From Pirellulales bacterium (lineage in GTDB: Bacteria; Planctomycetota; Planctomycetia; Pirellulales; UBA1268), in the NCBI GenBank assembly GCA_041744595.1, contig JBGTKO010000273.1, positions 14,644 through 78,643 of the forward strand: a stretch of DNA of 64,000 nucleotides, read 5' to 3'. The notes under the pieces are model-generated. The model was not told the origin of the DNA. It saw only the letters and a program-made list of their open reading frames with translations, and did no database searches. Both the position numbers and the translations under genes were made by a program. Positions within the stretch are counted from its first letter, which is position 1. Each line of letters opens with the position of its first letter. This document shows positions 34,875 to 43,639 of this stretch, in pieces.

Positions 34875-36467
34875 TCAGCGACGACCCTGTCGGATCATCG
34901 TGGTCACGAGTCTGAATGTTGCATCGACCCGATCGAGTTGAAAGTGAGGCTGGAGGCGGGCGATGACGCGAAAGGAACCGGCTGTTCCGGGCTCCTCGCG
35001 AACCTCCACATGGGCCTCCCGAAGCGGAAGACGGGCTCGTACCTCCGCTGAAGCCTGATCATCCGGCGTCACATAGCGGTTGATCCACTCGCTGAGATAC
35101 CTCTCGAGTTCTCCTGCCTCGGCAAACCCGCCGACTTTGTCCCGCATCATGACTTTGAGGTAGTGGGCGAATCGCGACACGCACAGCACATACTGAAGCA
35201 TGGCCGAAATTCGGGCGTTTGCCGTTGCCGTTGGCCGATCGTAGCGCTCCGGTTCGTGAAGCGACATGTTGCTGTGGAAGACAGCCCTCCCGTCAGTCCC
35301 CGCTGCAGACAACGGAATCAAGCCCGCTTCCTCCAGTTGAGCCTGCGTTTCCTCCGTGACGGCAATTTCCACCGGGCCGCGACGGGCCTCACCAGGCCTC
35401 AGGCCGAGGAATTCATCCACAGGCAACGTGGTAACCTCGCCACCTCCAGGCCGCCCGCGGGATCCGCCTCGGATATCGGCGAACCAGCCGGAGCGGCCGA
35501 ATTCCCGCATCACGACAGCCGCGAATGGCCATCCGGCACGGATCCATAGCCTCGAATCCCGTCCCATGGCATCGACAGCCTCTCGATAGCGGAACCCACG
35601 CTCACGAAACGTCTGTTCGGGAGTGGCAGCGCCGGCTCCAATCCAGCCGTCGTAGGGCAGCCGACCAAGGACCTGGGGCAGCGTAAGCCCCACGAAACGG
35701 CTCTCCTCCCGGGAGCGTAACGCCCGCCACTTCACGAACTCAGGGCGTTGCTGGTATTGCCTCAGATCACGGAAACTGTTGAGGCGATCAAAACTGTCGA
35801 TGCCCATCAACTCCGGCGAGGCAGTGGCCACCAAAGGAGCAAATGCCGCGGCTGCGACCTCGGCCAGGCCAGTGAGCAAATTGACGTCGTCTGGGTGCGG
35901 ACCAAATGTGAAATCTGTCACGAGCAGGCCGTAGGGTGTGCCGCCTGGGGTTCCAAACTCCTCCTCGTACACCTTTCGCCAAATCGCGGAGCGATCGAAT
36001 TCGACCGCGTGTTCCCGGTCGCGAATGAGTTCGCGTTTCGTCACGGGAAGGATTCGCACCACGATCTGTCCGCTGCCATCGCCGGACGTGTCGGCCATCG
36101 CGGCCTCGTTGACTGTCCAGTGCAATCCTCGCCAGGACGACTCGAGCGATTGAAACCGGGGGTGGTGCAGCACGGAATCCAGCTGCCGCGAAAGCACACC
36201 ATCCAAAGCCGCGATGTCCTCGCCGATGGAATCACAGAGATGCTCCCGGCTGACGCGTTCGCCAGGCCGCACCCGAACCGCTGCCCAGGCCCGGAGGGTC
36301 GCCGGGAGGGTCGTCGCCGTGAGCAAATCCTCTACCGGTCCGCCTCGCGACGGGCGACCGATCCCTGTCGAGGCAATCCACTTCGGGAGTGTCTCGGTCG
36401 TCGTCGCGACAGTGACATCGACTGGCGACATCACACCGTCGCCCGTCGGCATCATGGCCATGGCCAA
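34875..36467 (-). CDS. tssC: TssC-like contractile sheath large subunit, divergent paralogue
   Basis: LSRQLDSVLHHPRFQSLESSWRGLHWTV and VEFDRSAIWRKVYEEEFGTPGGTPYGLLVTDFTF parallel the adjacent canonical tssC. The core is roughly half identical by eye. The first ~90 aa are unrelated. Confidence 0.85.
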   Translation of the reverse strand: MAMAMMPTGDGVMSPVDVTVATTTETLPKWIASTGIGRPSRGGPVEDLLTATTLPATLRAWAAVRVRPGERVSREHLCDSIGEDIAALDGVLSRQLDSVLHHPRFQSLESSWRGLHWTVNEAAMADTSGDGSGQIVVRILPVTKRELIRDREHAVEFDRSAIWRKVYEEEFGTPGGTPYGLLVTDFTFGPHPDDVNLLTGLAEVAAAAFAPLVATASPELMGIDSFDRLNSFRDLRQYQQRPEFVKWRALRSREESRFVGLTLPQVLGRLPYDGWIGAGAATPEQTFRERGFRYREAVDAMGRDSRLWIRAGWPFAAVVMREFGRSGWFADIRGGSRGRPGGGEVTTLPVDEFLGLRPGEARRGPVEIAVTEETQAQLEEAGLIPLSAAGTDGRAVFHSNMSLHEPERYDRPTATANARISAMLQYVLCVSRFAHYLKVMMRDKVGGFAEAGELERYLSEWINRYVTPDDQASAEVRARLPLREAHVEVREEPGTAGSFRVIARLQPHFQLDRVDATFRLVTTMIRQGRR

Positions 36468-36491
36468 CTCCCTCGTTCAGCGGCAGCCGAA

Positions 36492-37994
36492 TCAGCCGCC
36501 CTTCGCGAACGCCGGAATCTTCGCGACCATTCGCATGCTCGTGGTCAATTCCTCGAGTTGCAACCAGGGACGAAGCCATGCCACCGCGTTGTAACTTCCA
36601 GGAGCCCCGGGCACCTCCTCGACCTTGATCGTGGCCTCGGCGAGTGGGTACCGTGCCTTGATGTCATCCGAGGGATGTGGATCGGTGGTCACGTAGTTGG
36701 AGATCCAGCGGGTAAGCCAGTCTTCACAATCCTGCCGCTCCATGAAGGATCCGATCTTGTCCCGGGCAATCACCTTGAGGAAATGAGCGATCCTCGAGGT
36801 CGCCATCATGTACGGGAGCCGAGCGGAGATGGCCGCGTTTGCCGTCGCCTCCGGTCGGTCGTACTTTTTCGCCTTCTGGACCGTTTGGGATCCGAAGAAA
36901 ACGGCGTAATCCGTGTTCTTGTAGTGACACAGCGGAAGAAAGCCGAGTTTGGAAAGCTCAGCCTCGCGACGATCCGTGATGGCAATCTCGGTCGGGCACT
37001 TGAGCGACTTGTCTCCGTCGTCGGCCATGAAGACGTGAGCCGGAAGTCCTTCGACACGGCCTCCGTTCTCTGCACCACGAATCGCCGTGCACCAGCCGGT
37101 CTTGGCAAACGCTTCAGTCAAACGCGTGCCGAGCACATAGGAGGTATTCATCCAGGCATACTGATCGTGGGGCACGGGCTTGGCGTTCCCCTGTTCGTCG
37201 AGCTCAACCTCCTCGTAGTCAAACTCCTCGACAGGCTTGGTGTTCCTGCCATAGGGCAAACGCGACAGCGATCGAGGCATCGTCAGCACCACGAATCGAG
37301 CGTCGTCCGAGTCACGGAAACTCCGCCATTTCACGTACGACTCGTCAAGAAAGATCTTCTCGAGATCTCGCGGCTTTGACAGCTCGGAAAAGCTTTCGAG
37401 GCCGAGCAATTCCGGGGCGGCAGCAGAGACGAACGGACAGAAGCCGGCTGCGGAAATCTGTGACATCTTTGCCAGCAGATCGACGTCTTCGGGGTGGTTC
37501 GTGAACTCGTAGTCGCCAATCAGCGCCCCGTATGGTTCGCCACCGGGGGAACCGAATTCCGCCTCATAGATTTTCTTGAACGTTTGGCTCTGATCGAATT
37601 CAACAGCTTTGTCGAGGTCCTTGAAAATCTCCCTCTTGGAAGCGTTCATGACCCGCAGCTTCAGTTGAGCGCTCGTCTCGGAGTTCATCACCAGGTGGTG
37701 AAGCCCTCGCCAGGAGCCTTCCAGCTTCTGGAACGACGGATGGTGCATCACTGCCGCGAGCTGACGAGACAGGGCTGCGTCAATGGCTCCGATCGCCAAG
37801 CTGATGGTGCGGGACACGTTCTTGTCGAATCGAACGGTGCCCTGGAGGGATTGCTCGACGAGCGATCGGATGAGCTCGTCCCGCCGCGGTTTCTCGACCG
37901 CCTTGGGCATGACTTGGGTGATCTGGTCGAGGAGGCTCGTGGTTGCCCCTGCCGCCGCGACCGACTGCTGCCGTTCCGCTTCACCAGTGCTCAT
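36492..37994 (-). CDS. tssC: TssC contractile sheath large subunit
   Basis: [62 protein letters not shown] and a canonical C-terminus. 4-nt ATGA overlap with tssB. Confidence 0.95.
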   Translation of the reverse strand: MSTGEAERQQSVAAAGATTSLLDQITQVMPKAVEKPRRDELIRSLVEQSLQGTVRFDKNVSRTISLAIGAIDAALSRQLAAVMHHPSFQKLEGSWRGLHHLVMNSETSAQLKLRVMNASKREIFKDLDKAVEFDQSQTFKKIYEAEFGSPGGEPYGALIGDYEFTNHPEDVDLLAKMSQISAAGFCPFVSAAAPELLGLESFSELSKPRDLEKIFLDESYVKWRSFRDSDDARFVVLTMPRSLSRLPYGRNTKPVEEFDYEEVELDEQGNAKPVPHDQYAWMNTSYVLGTRLTEAFAKTGWCTAIRGAENGGRVEGLPAHVFMADDGDKSLKCPTEIAITDRREAELSKLGFLPLCHYKNTDYAVFFGSQTVQKAKKYDRPEATANAAISARLPYMMATSRIAHFLKVIARDKIGSFMERQDCEDWLTRWISNYVTTDPHPSDDIKARYPLAEATIKVEEVPGAPGSYNAVAWLRPWLQLEELTTSMRMVAKIPAFAKGG

Positions 37995-38551
37995 GCGGCA
38001 CCTCCTTCGGGATTCCCGTCTTGGTCACCGCCCGCTGCCGGTGTGGCACCCGCGTCGCCGAGACCCATCTCGCCCGCCAGCTTTCTGAGTTGATCGTCGC
38101 TCTGAAGAATCTTCTCGAGCTCTGACTCGAGCCCATCGGCACGGTCGATCGCACTGAGCAGTTCGCGGAGACGATTCCGGGTATCGAGAAGCTTTCGGAG
38201 TGGGTCGATCTGTTCGACGACCCGTGCTGGCTCGAAGTCTTCGATGGACGAGAACGACAGTTTGACCGGCATCTCCGTGCCGTCGTCGGCCAGGGTATTG
38301 GCCACGCGAAACTCGAGACCCGGCGTCATTCGTCGCATCACTTCGTCGAATGAGTCGCGATCGATCGACACAAACTTGCGATCCTTGAGCGGCTTCAGGG
38401 GCTCGGTCGGGTTTCCCGAGAAATCCCCCATGACACCCACGACGAAGGGGAGATCCTTGACGACCACCGCCCCCTCGGTTTCCACCTCGTAGGTGATATG
38501 CACCCGCGGCTTGCGGACTCGGCTGAGCTTCTGTTGAACCGATTCAGGCAT
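37991..38551 (-). CDS. tssB: TssB contractile sheath small subunit
   Basis: The ATG at 38551 is preceded by [50 protein letters not shown] is the canonical TssB/VipA N-terminus. Confidence 0.95.
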   Translation of the reverse strand: MPESVQQKLSRVRKPRVHITYEVETEGAVVVKDLPFVVGVMGDFSGNPTEPLKPLKDRKFVSIDRDSFDEVMRRMTPGLEFRVANTLADDGTEMPVKLSFSSIEDFEPARVVEQIDPLRKLLDTRNRLRELLSAIDRADGLESELEKILQSDDQLRKLAGEMGLGDAGATPAAGGDQDGNPEGGAA

Positions 38552-38717
38552 GATGCACCTCGTAGGAGCCTTTCCCCAGCAGCGGGAACGGGTCAATCCT
38601 TCGGCGTGGAGAACAGCTGCTGGATACCGTCCGCAGATCGTCGTGCACCCGAGGCCTTCCGTCAAGGTGCCCATGGGAAGCGGAGAAAAGTTAACCTGAT
38701 CCTCATGTCGAAACTGC

Positions 38718-39857
38718 TTACGTCGAGGGAGGGCCTGTGCCGATTCCGACGAATTTGAAGAGGGATTCGAGGGCCGAGCTGTCGCCGATCACTTCGCGGA
38801 AGTACTCAGCCCGTGGAAGCCTGCCAAGCCGCACGACATTCCTGATCTGGGTCGCCAAGAGGCTGTGTGGGTCGTGCTGCTCGAAATAGCCGGCGATCCG
38901 CTCGAGCTGCACAAAGGCCTCTTCTCGAGTCCCTGGCGATGGAGCGTTCAGACTCCCGGCGCTGACGGCCGCGACAGCCTTCCCTGGGGCTCCATCTTCT
39001 GGTGCACGTGGGTGCTCTGCCACATGGGGCGCGATGGTCCGAAGCGCCGTCCCGAAGTCCTCGAAAAACTGGCGGACGGAAGAACCTGGGATGGTCGCTA
39101 GACCATTCGAGGCAGTGGAAACCGCTTCGCAGAGTCCCTCCCAGGCATCGCGGGTCGCGGCCAGCAATTGGGAAGTCGCAGAAAAATGCTCCGGAGGCGT
39201 GGCTGCAACCGCCGCCGCAAAGTCGGCCGGGGCGATCGCTCCTCGGGACACGGCCATCGAGAGTTTCTCCGGATCGTTCTCCGAAACCAGCTCTTGACTG
39301 CTCTTCCAGTGGCACAGGCCGTACGTTTCCCCATCGCGGTTGCGAGTGAGCGGGACTCGAAGGAGTGCCGGAGCCAACAGCCCCTCCGACTCCAGGCCGG
39401 CAAGCCGAATGAGAGGCCCGGCCCGCTCCTCGACCATGGCGGCCTCGTCAGCAGGACCGTCATCCGGGTCGGGAATCGGATAGAGGTCAGTCCACCAATT
39501 CTTGATGAGTGTCCGTGCCACATGACAGCCGAACCCGAGGCCAGCCAGTCCGTCCGTCCGCACCAGCGACTCCAGCAGGAGTGATGCCACCGCTGTATCC
39601 CGCGACACTTCGCGTATCGTGGTCACCGACTCGTCCCGTAGTTGCCTCCACAGCGATACCGCGGCAGGCCAACCTCCTTCCGTTGCATCGCCATCGTCGG
39701 CGCGACGCTCGATTCTTCGGGCCTCTTCGCGGAGGTCCCTGAGCTTGGCACGTAGCTTTCTGCCCGCGTCGTCTGCCTGCAGGTTCACGCCGCAGGGGTG
39801 CGGTCCCGGCAGCGGAATTTTCAGAGTCTCCAGGTCGAACTCGAAGGGCAAGTCCAT
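38718..39857 (-). CDS. tssA: TssA (ImpA_N family)
   Basis: The ATG at 39857 gives [46 protein letters not shown], which fits the ImpA_N pattern. The C-terminal [36 protein letters not shown] resembles the conserved TssA C-terminus. Confidence 0.8.
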   Translation of the reverse strand: MDLPFEFDLETLKIPLPGPHPCGVNLQADDAGRKLRAKLRDLREEARRIERRADDGDATEGGWPAAVSLWRQLRDESVTTIREVSRDTAVASLLLESLVRTDGLAGLGFGCHVARTLIKNWWTDLYPIPDPDDGPADEAAMVEERAGPLIRLAGLESEGLLAPALLRVPLTRNRDGETYGLCHWKSSQELVSENDPEKLSMAVSRGAIAPADFAAAVAATPPEHFSATSQLLAATRDAWEGLCEAVSTASNGLATIPGSSVRQFFEDFGTALRTIAPHVAEHPRAPEDGAPGKAVAAVSAGSLNAPSPGTREEAFVQLERIAGYFEQHDPHSLLATQIRNVVRLGRLPRAEYFREVIGDSSALESLFKFVGIGTGPPST

Positions 39858-39903
39858 AACGCACCTTTCATGATTGCAGGACGGGGCACCGCCCGGAGTG
39901 GCG

Positions 39904-41253
39904 TCACCTCCACCAGCGGCCAACGGTAATTGCCGCGGCCGCAAGTGCCAGCGCGACATTCAAAACGAAGAGAACGCCCGCAGCCCGCGTTCGGCCGCGA
40001 TCGGCACCCCGCTTGGCCGGTGTCCACTCCAACTCACCCTGGAGGGTCGCGACGTACTCAAACAGGCCCTTGATGAATCCGCGACGTTGCCCTTGCGATG
40101 GCGCGGAGGCCAGCCAAGCCCCTGCGAACAAGGGGCCGTCCACAGCACCGGACCCACCGTTGCAAAGCCCGTTCAGGACTGCCTCGAGCCGCGGGAGGAC
40201 ATCCAACCGGACCGCCACCAGAAGCTCACACAACGAACGGTTGAATGAAGGCTGGGCAACCGCCCGTCGGTCGAGCAACTGCTGCGCTACCGTATCGGTC
40301 AGCCCGCCGGCCGCATACCTGGCAACCAACGCGGGAAGCCCATGGGTGAGCGGCGTGTTCGGCTTGATCGCTTGCCCAACTCGCTGGGCTCTGGCCGCTG
40401 GTGGCAACTGCTCCATGAACACATCGAATCCGGGGAGTTTCTCGATTGCTCCAGCCACCACCACGACCGGAGCCCGGAGACCCGTTCTCTTGGTGACAAG
40501 TGTGAGATCCTCGCCGACAGCAGCACCCACTGCCGAGTACCCTTCTGCCGAAACCGTCGCGACGATCGGTACGGTCACCACCACGCCGTTGATCGCCGCG
40601 ACGGGCTGCCGCGCGGTCGCCAGGCATTGGCATACCGATGCCAAACGATCAGATGCCGTGTCCTGCTCGCTGCGGCTGATCGCCGGCTCGACGCCCTCTC
40701 GAAGCTTTCCAGCGACCGAGCAGATTTGGCCGGCGGTCGAGAGACACACGTAGATGCCATCGACTCCCGCGTACACGTGAAGGGGACTGGCCCCAGAGGG
40801 CGAACCGAAAACGAGGAGCGGTATCGGACACTCCTGCATGACGTTTCGCTCACCCTCGTTGCCGTCGCAGCCCAGCACGAGAAACAAGGGAGTGGACCGT
40901 AGGTCGATCTGCTGACGGTCCATCTCAGCTCGCGCCGCCCACCACGCAGCTTCGATGTCGGGCCATCGGGCCACGTCTTCCTGAAACCACAGCCGGGCAG
41001 CCTGATACACCAACACGGGGACGAGCACCATGAGCACCAGGAGCACGATTCCCTTGCCTGGGCTCCACCAGGCCCGGAACAGATGGGATCCACCCACGGT
41101 GAACATGGCCACGACTGCCAGCGTGACGATGAGTACCTGGAAGGCTGCCACGGCCCAGGCGGCCCGTGCGGGCAAGGACATCGACAGGTATCCGCGGACC
41201 ATCCTCGAGAATGCCGTCGCAGGGAGCATGAGGATGTCGAAGAGAGTCTTCAT
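39904..41253 (-). CDS. tssM: TssM/IcmF-like inner-membrane protein comprising only the N-terminal TM1-TM2 / cytoplasmic domain / TM3 module
   Basis: TM helices at aa ~30-52 and ~67-90. TPLFLVLGCDGNEGER sits where TssM has LPWYLLIGxxGxGKT; STAGQ sits at the DTAGR position. Further matches are LRAPVVVVAGAIEKLPGF and GAWLASAP..GFIKGLFEYV. The third TM helix GVLFVLNVALALAAAAITVG is followed by a stop 6 residues later. Confidence 0.8.
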   Translation of the reverse strand: MKTLFDILMLPATAFSRMVRGYLSMSLPARAAWAVAAFQVLIVTLAVVAMFTVGGSHLFRAWWSPGKGIVLLVLMVLVPVLVYQAARLWFQEDVARWPDIEAAWWAARAEMDRQQIDLRSTPLFLVLGCDGNEGERNVMQECPIPLLVFGSPSGASPLHVYAGVDGIYVCLSTAGQICSVAGKLREGVEPAISRSEQDTASDRLASVCQCLATARQPVAAINGVVVTVPIVATVSAEGYSAVGAAVGEDLTLVTKRTGLRAPVVVVAGAIEKLPGFDVFMEQLPPAARAQRVGQAIKPNTPLTHGLPALVARYAAGGLTDTVAQQLLDRRAVAQPSFNRSLCELLVAVRLDVLPRLEAVLNGLCNGGSGAVDGPLFAGAWLASAPSQGQRRGFIKGLFEYVATLQGELEWTPAKRGADRGRTRAAGVLFVLNVALALAAAAITVGRWWR

Positions 41254-41275
41254 GGACTGGTACCGGGTGCCGTTG

Positions 41276-41893
41276 TCATGCCAACCAGAATGCCCACCAT
41301 GCCGTCACGAGGAGCGTTCCACAGACCACGAGGAAGACGAGCAAATGCGTGAGTAATCGTTGGCTCCCATAGAGCGGAGGGGCCCCGGCCAGCGGAACCA
41401 CCTGGACCGGCAACGTGGGACGGTCCTCGCCAGGTCGGACGAAATGGGCATTCGTCCTGAGCCACGCTTCGAGCCGGTCCGGTTGATCCCGGAGGATGCC
41501 CCGAAAACCCATCAGGACGCCGAGGACATAGATATGAATCACGTCGGAAACCGGGAGAGAGGCCGCGATCTCGGCGTTCGAGAAGTACGCCGTCGCGCGG
41601 TGTCGCGAGCCAAAGAGATCGACCTCGAGTGCATGGTTTTCCCACCATGACCGTCCGGCCCACTCGACATCCACGATCAACATTTCGTCCACGAGCGCGG
41701 CCAGGGCAAAACTCGTCAACCGCCACTCATCGCTCCGCGGTCCCCGCAGCCGCGACTCTGCCGTGTCGAAGACACGCCGAAGTGCCGCCCGCTCGATCTC
41801 CGCCGACTGGGTCGCGCCTCGCTGGGCACGATCAACGAGTTCAATGATGCGACGCAGGAGCGGCAGCGTCGCGGCGGCGAATTCTGGATGCAT
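41276..41893 (-). CDS. tssL: TssL / DotU-family membrane protein
   Basis: DotU-like cytoplasmic domain (LAALVDEMLI, HIYVLGVLMGFRGILRDQPDRLEAW). Single C-terminal TM helix LLTHLLVFLVVCGTLLVTAWWAFWLA. No periplasmic OmpA/peptidoglycan-binding extension. Confidence 0.85.
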   Translation of the reverse strand: MHPEFAAATLPLLRRIIELVDRAQRGATQSAEIERAALRRVFDTAESRLRGPRSDEWRLTSFALAALVDEMLIVDVEWAGRSWWENHALEVDLFGSRHRATAYFSNAEIAASLPVSDVIHIYVLGVLMGFRGILRDQPDRLEAWLRTNAHFVRPGEDRPTLPVQVVPLAGAPPLYGSQRLLTHLLVFLVVCGTLLVTAWWAFWLA

Positions 41894-41914
41894 GTCCGAA
41901 CCCGACCGTTTCGA

Positions 41915-43381
41915 CTACCTCGGCACCGCAAAAAGCGCGAATTCGAGTGTCGCGACGCGGCCCTCGAATGTGACCTCGAGCCGCCGACGGCCCGCAAGCT
42001 GCTCAGGATTCAGGATCGAAGAATCCCTGACCCGAATGGCAAGATTTTGCGTCACTTGAACGGACTTGTACGCAGGCGAATCGGCACCGATTCTATAGTA
42101 AATCCACCCGCTGCTGGCAGGCAATGCCCGCGGAGCACGATCCGGAGCATGGAGCTCCAGCCCCGGTAGCCCCAGCCGGAACAATCGGTCCACCTCATCG
42201 CTGCTGCCGAGCTTCCAGTCGAGGTGCGCGTTACCCGAAAGAAGTCGGTGACAATCCTCCTCAGTGAGGTCGCCCCGAAGGACCCCCACATACATCTGCC
42301 AATCGGTCTGGAGCCATTTGGGCTCGAGCGACACCGAAAGCGAGGCAAGCCCACTCCCCAGGAAGTACCGCTGTTCGTATTCGAGTGCCGCAACGCGACC
42401 GATGAGCGCCTCAATCTTCAGTTTGACCGTCCGGAAAATGCCCGCCAAATCATCGTGATCGTAGGGGGGCAATTCATCGAGGAGCCGGCGTGGTTCAAAG
42501 ACTGCCAACTGGCCCACGACCCGACAGAGCTCGCCGTATGCGGTCCGCGGATGGATTCCAGGCGAGAACGCGATCACCCGCAGCACGGCTTGAGACTCGA
42601 GCAATTTCGAGAGCATCATGAGCCGGTCCAGATCCCCCGGCTCGGAGCTCGAAAAGCCGACACGCCGAGTCACGGCCTGTTCGGCAAGCACTTCCACCTT
42701 CCGGCTGATCAGGTCATAGGTGCCACGGACGATGTCCCTCCCGAGAGGAGGCCATGCGTCGATAGCGAGCAGCGGAGGGACATATTCTGGATCCAGCTCT
42801 GGTGAGCCTTCACGATTGCCCGCCCGCCTCACCTGAGCGATCGGAAGGAGTTCGAAGCCGGAGAGGTCGTCGGTCGATAGTTTCAGCACCACATTGAGTC
42901 GGCAGAACTCGACCTCTTGATCGTTTCCGCCAGCCGTTTCGTCCTGGAGCGATTGTCGCACAACGTGGGAGCGTGATCGGTCGAGCGGCCCAGGCGGTGC
43001 CACGTTTGCAGACGAGGGATCGAATCGGGGAACGGCGAGGTACACCCTCAAACGGTCCACGTCATTCAGTTCTTCGCCCAACGATGCCGCGAGCTTGGCC
43101 ACATCGTCGGCCGCTTGCCGCAGACCGAGCCGGTCGGGTTCTTGGCCAGGTTCGAGCCAGACGAGAGTTCCATCCCGAAGTCGTGCCTGGCAACTCCGGA
43201 GCTCAAACTGTCGGTTGGCGAGCGCACCGGGGTCAATCTCGAGTCGCACAATCCCGTAGCAGCACGGATCCGACGCCACGGTCGCCGCCGAAAGCCGCTC
43301 ATTCCACGACCTGTCATGGGCCTGGAAATGGTGGGGTCTGAGAAAGAGACCTTCCGACCAGTGAACAGGCAGATGACGCAT
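41915..43381 (-). CDS. tssK: TssK baseplate protein
   Basis: The ATG at 43381 gives MRHLPVHWSEGLFLRPHHFQAHDR, the canonical TssK N-terminus. 488 aa. The ORF upstream of this ATG is implausible. Confidence 0.9.
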   Translation of the reverse strand: MRHLPVHWSEGLFLRPHHFQAHDRSWNERLSAATVASDPCCYGIVRLEIDPGALANRQFELRSCQARLRDGTLVWLEPGQEPDRLGLRQAADDVAKLAASLGEELNDVDRLRVYLAVPRFDPSSANVAPPGPLDRSRSHVVRQSLQDETAGGNDQEVEFCRLNVVLKLSTDDLSGFELLPIAQVRRAGNREGSPELDPEYVPPLLAIDAWPPLGRDIVRGTYDLISRKVEVLAEQAVTRRVGFSSSEPGDLDRLMMLSKLLESQAVLRVIAFSPGIHPRTAYGELCRVVGQLAVFEPRRLLDELPPYDHDDLAGIFRTVKLKIEALIGRVAALEYEQRYFLGSGLASLSVSLEPKWLQTDWQMYVGVLRGDLTEEDCHRLLSGNAHLDWKLGSSDEVDRLFRLGLPGLELHAPDRAPRALPASSGWIYYRIGADSPAYKSVQVTQNLAIRVRDSSILNPEQLAGRRRLEVTFEGRVATLEFALFAVPR

Positions 43382-43639
43382 GGCTTCCAATGGCAGTCGC
43401 GGTTTGCCAGACGCGGCAGGCGAATGCCCGCAAGGCCATGACGGATGAAACGACGACGGATGAATCGACAGATCACAATCAGGGATGGTACCAATGCATC
43501 GGGACTCGGTAAACTCCCGCAGCATGCGGCACAGTGATTGAGTCGCTTATTCATCGCCAGCCCAGTTCCATCGGCTTTCCACTGCCTCGTCCACGTCATG
43601 GATTCCACATCGTTTGGACGCTCGCACGAGGCCGGCAGC
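43382..43639. promoter_or_regulatory. Divergent intergenic region between the tssK core operon (minus) and the giant-protein operon (plus)
   Basis: The non-coding gap is 156-285 nt, depending on the start chosen for the giant gene. Promoters are inferred from arrangement only; no motif is claimed. Confidence 0.35.

Larger units (their letters stand above)
16045..43381. other. Type VI secretion system gene cluster (core and spike modules)
   Basis: Contiguous genes recognisable as hcp x2, clpV, vgrG, PAAR-like x2, DUF2169 and tssA,B,C,C2,E,F,G,K,L plus a short tssM and tagJ. Confidence 0.95.

Noticed and set aside
38552-38717. TGGGCAC-containing sequence upstream of tssB as a sigma-54 -24 element
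   Set aside because: The downstream -12 TTGC element is missing at the correct spacing. This is treated as a chance match.
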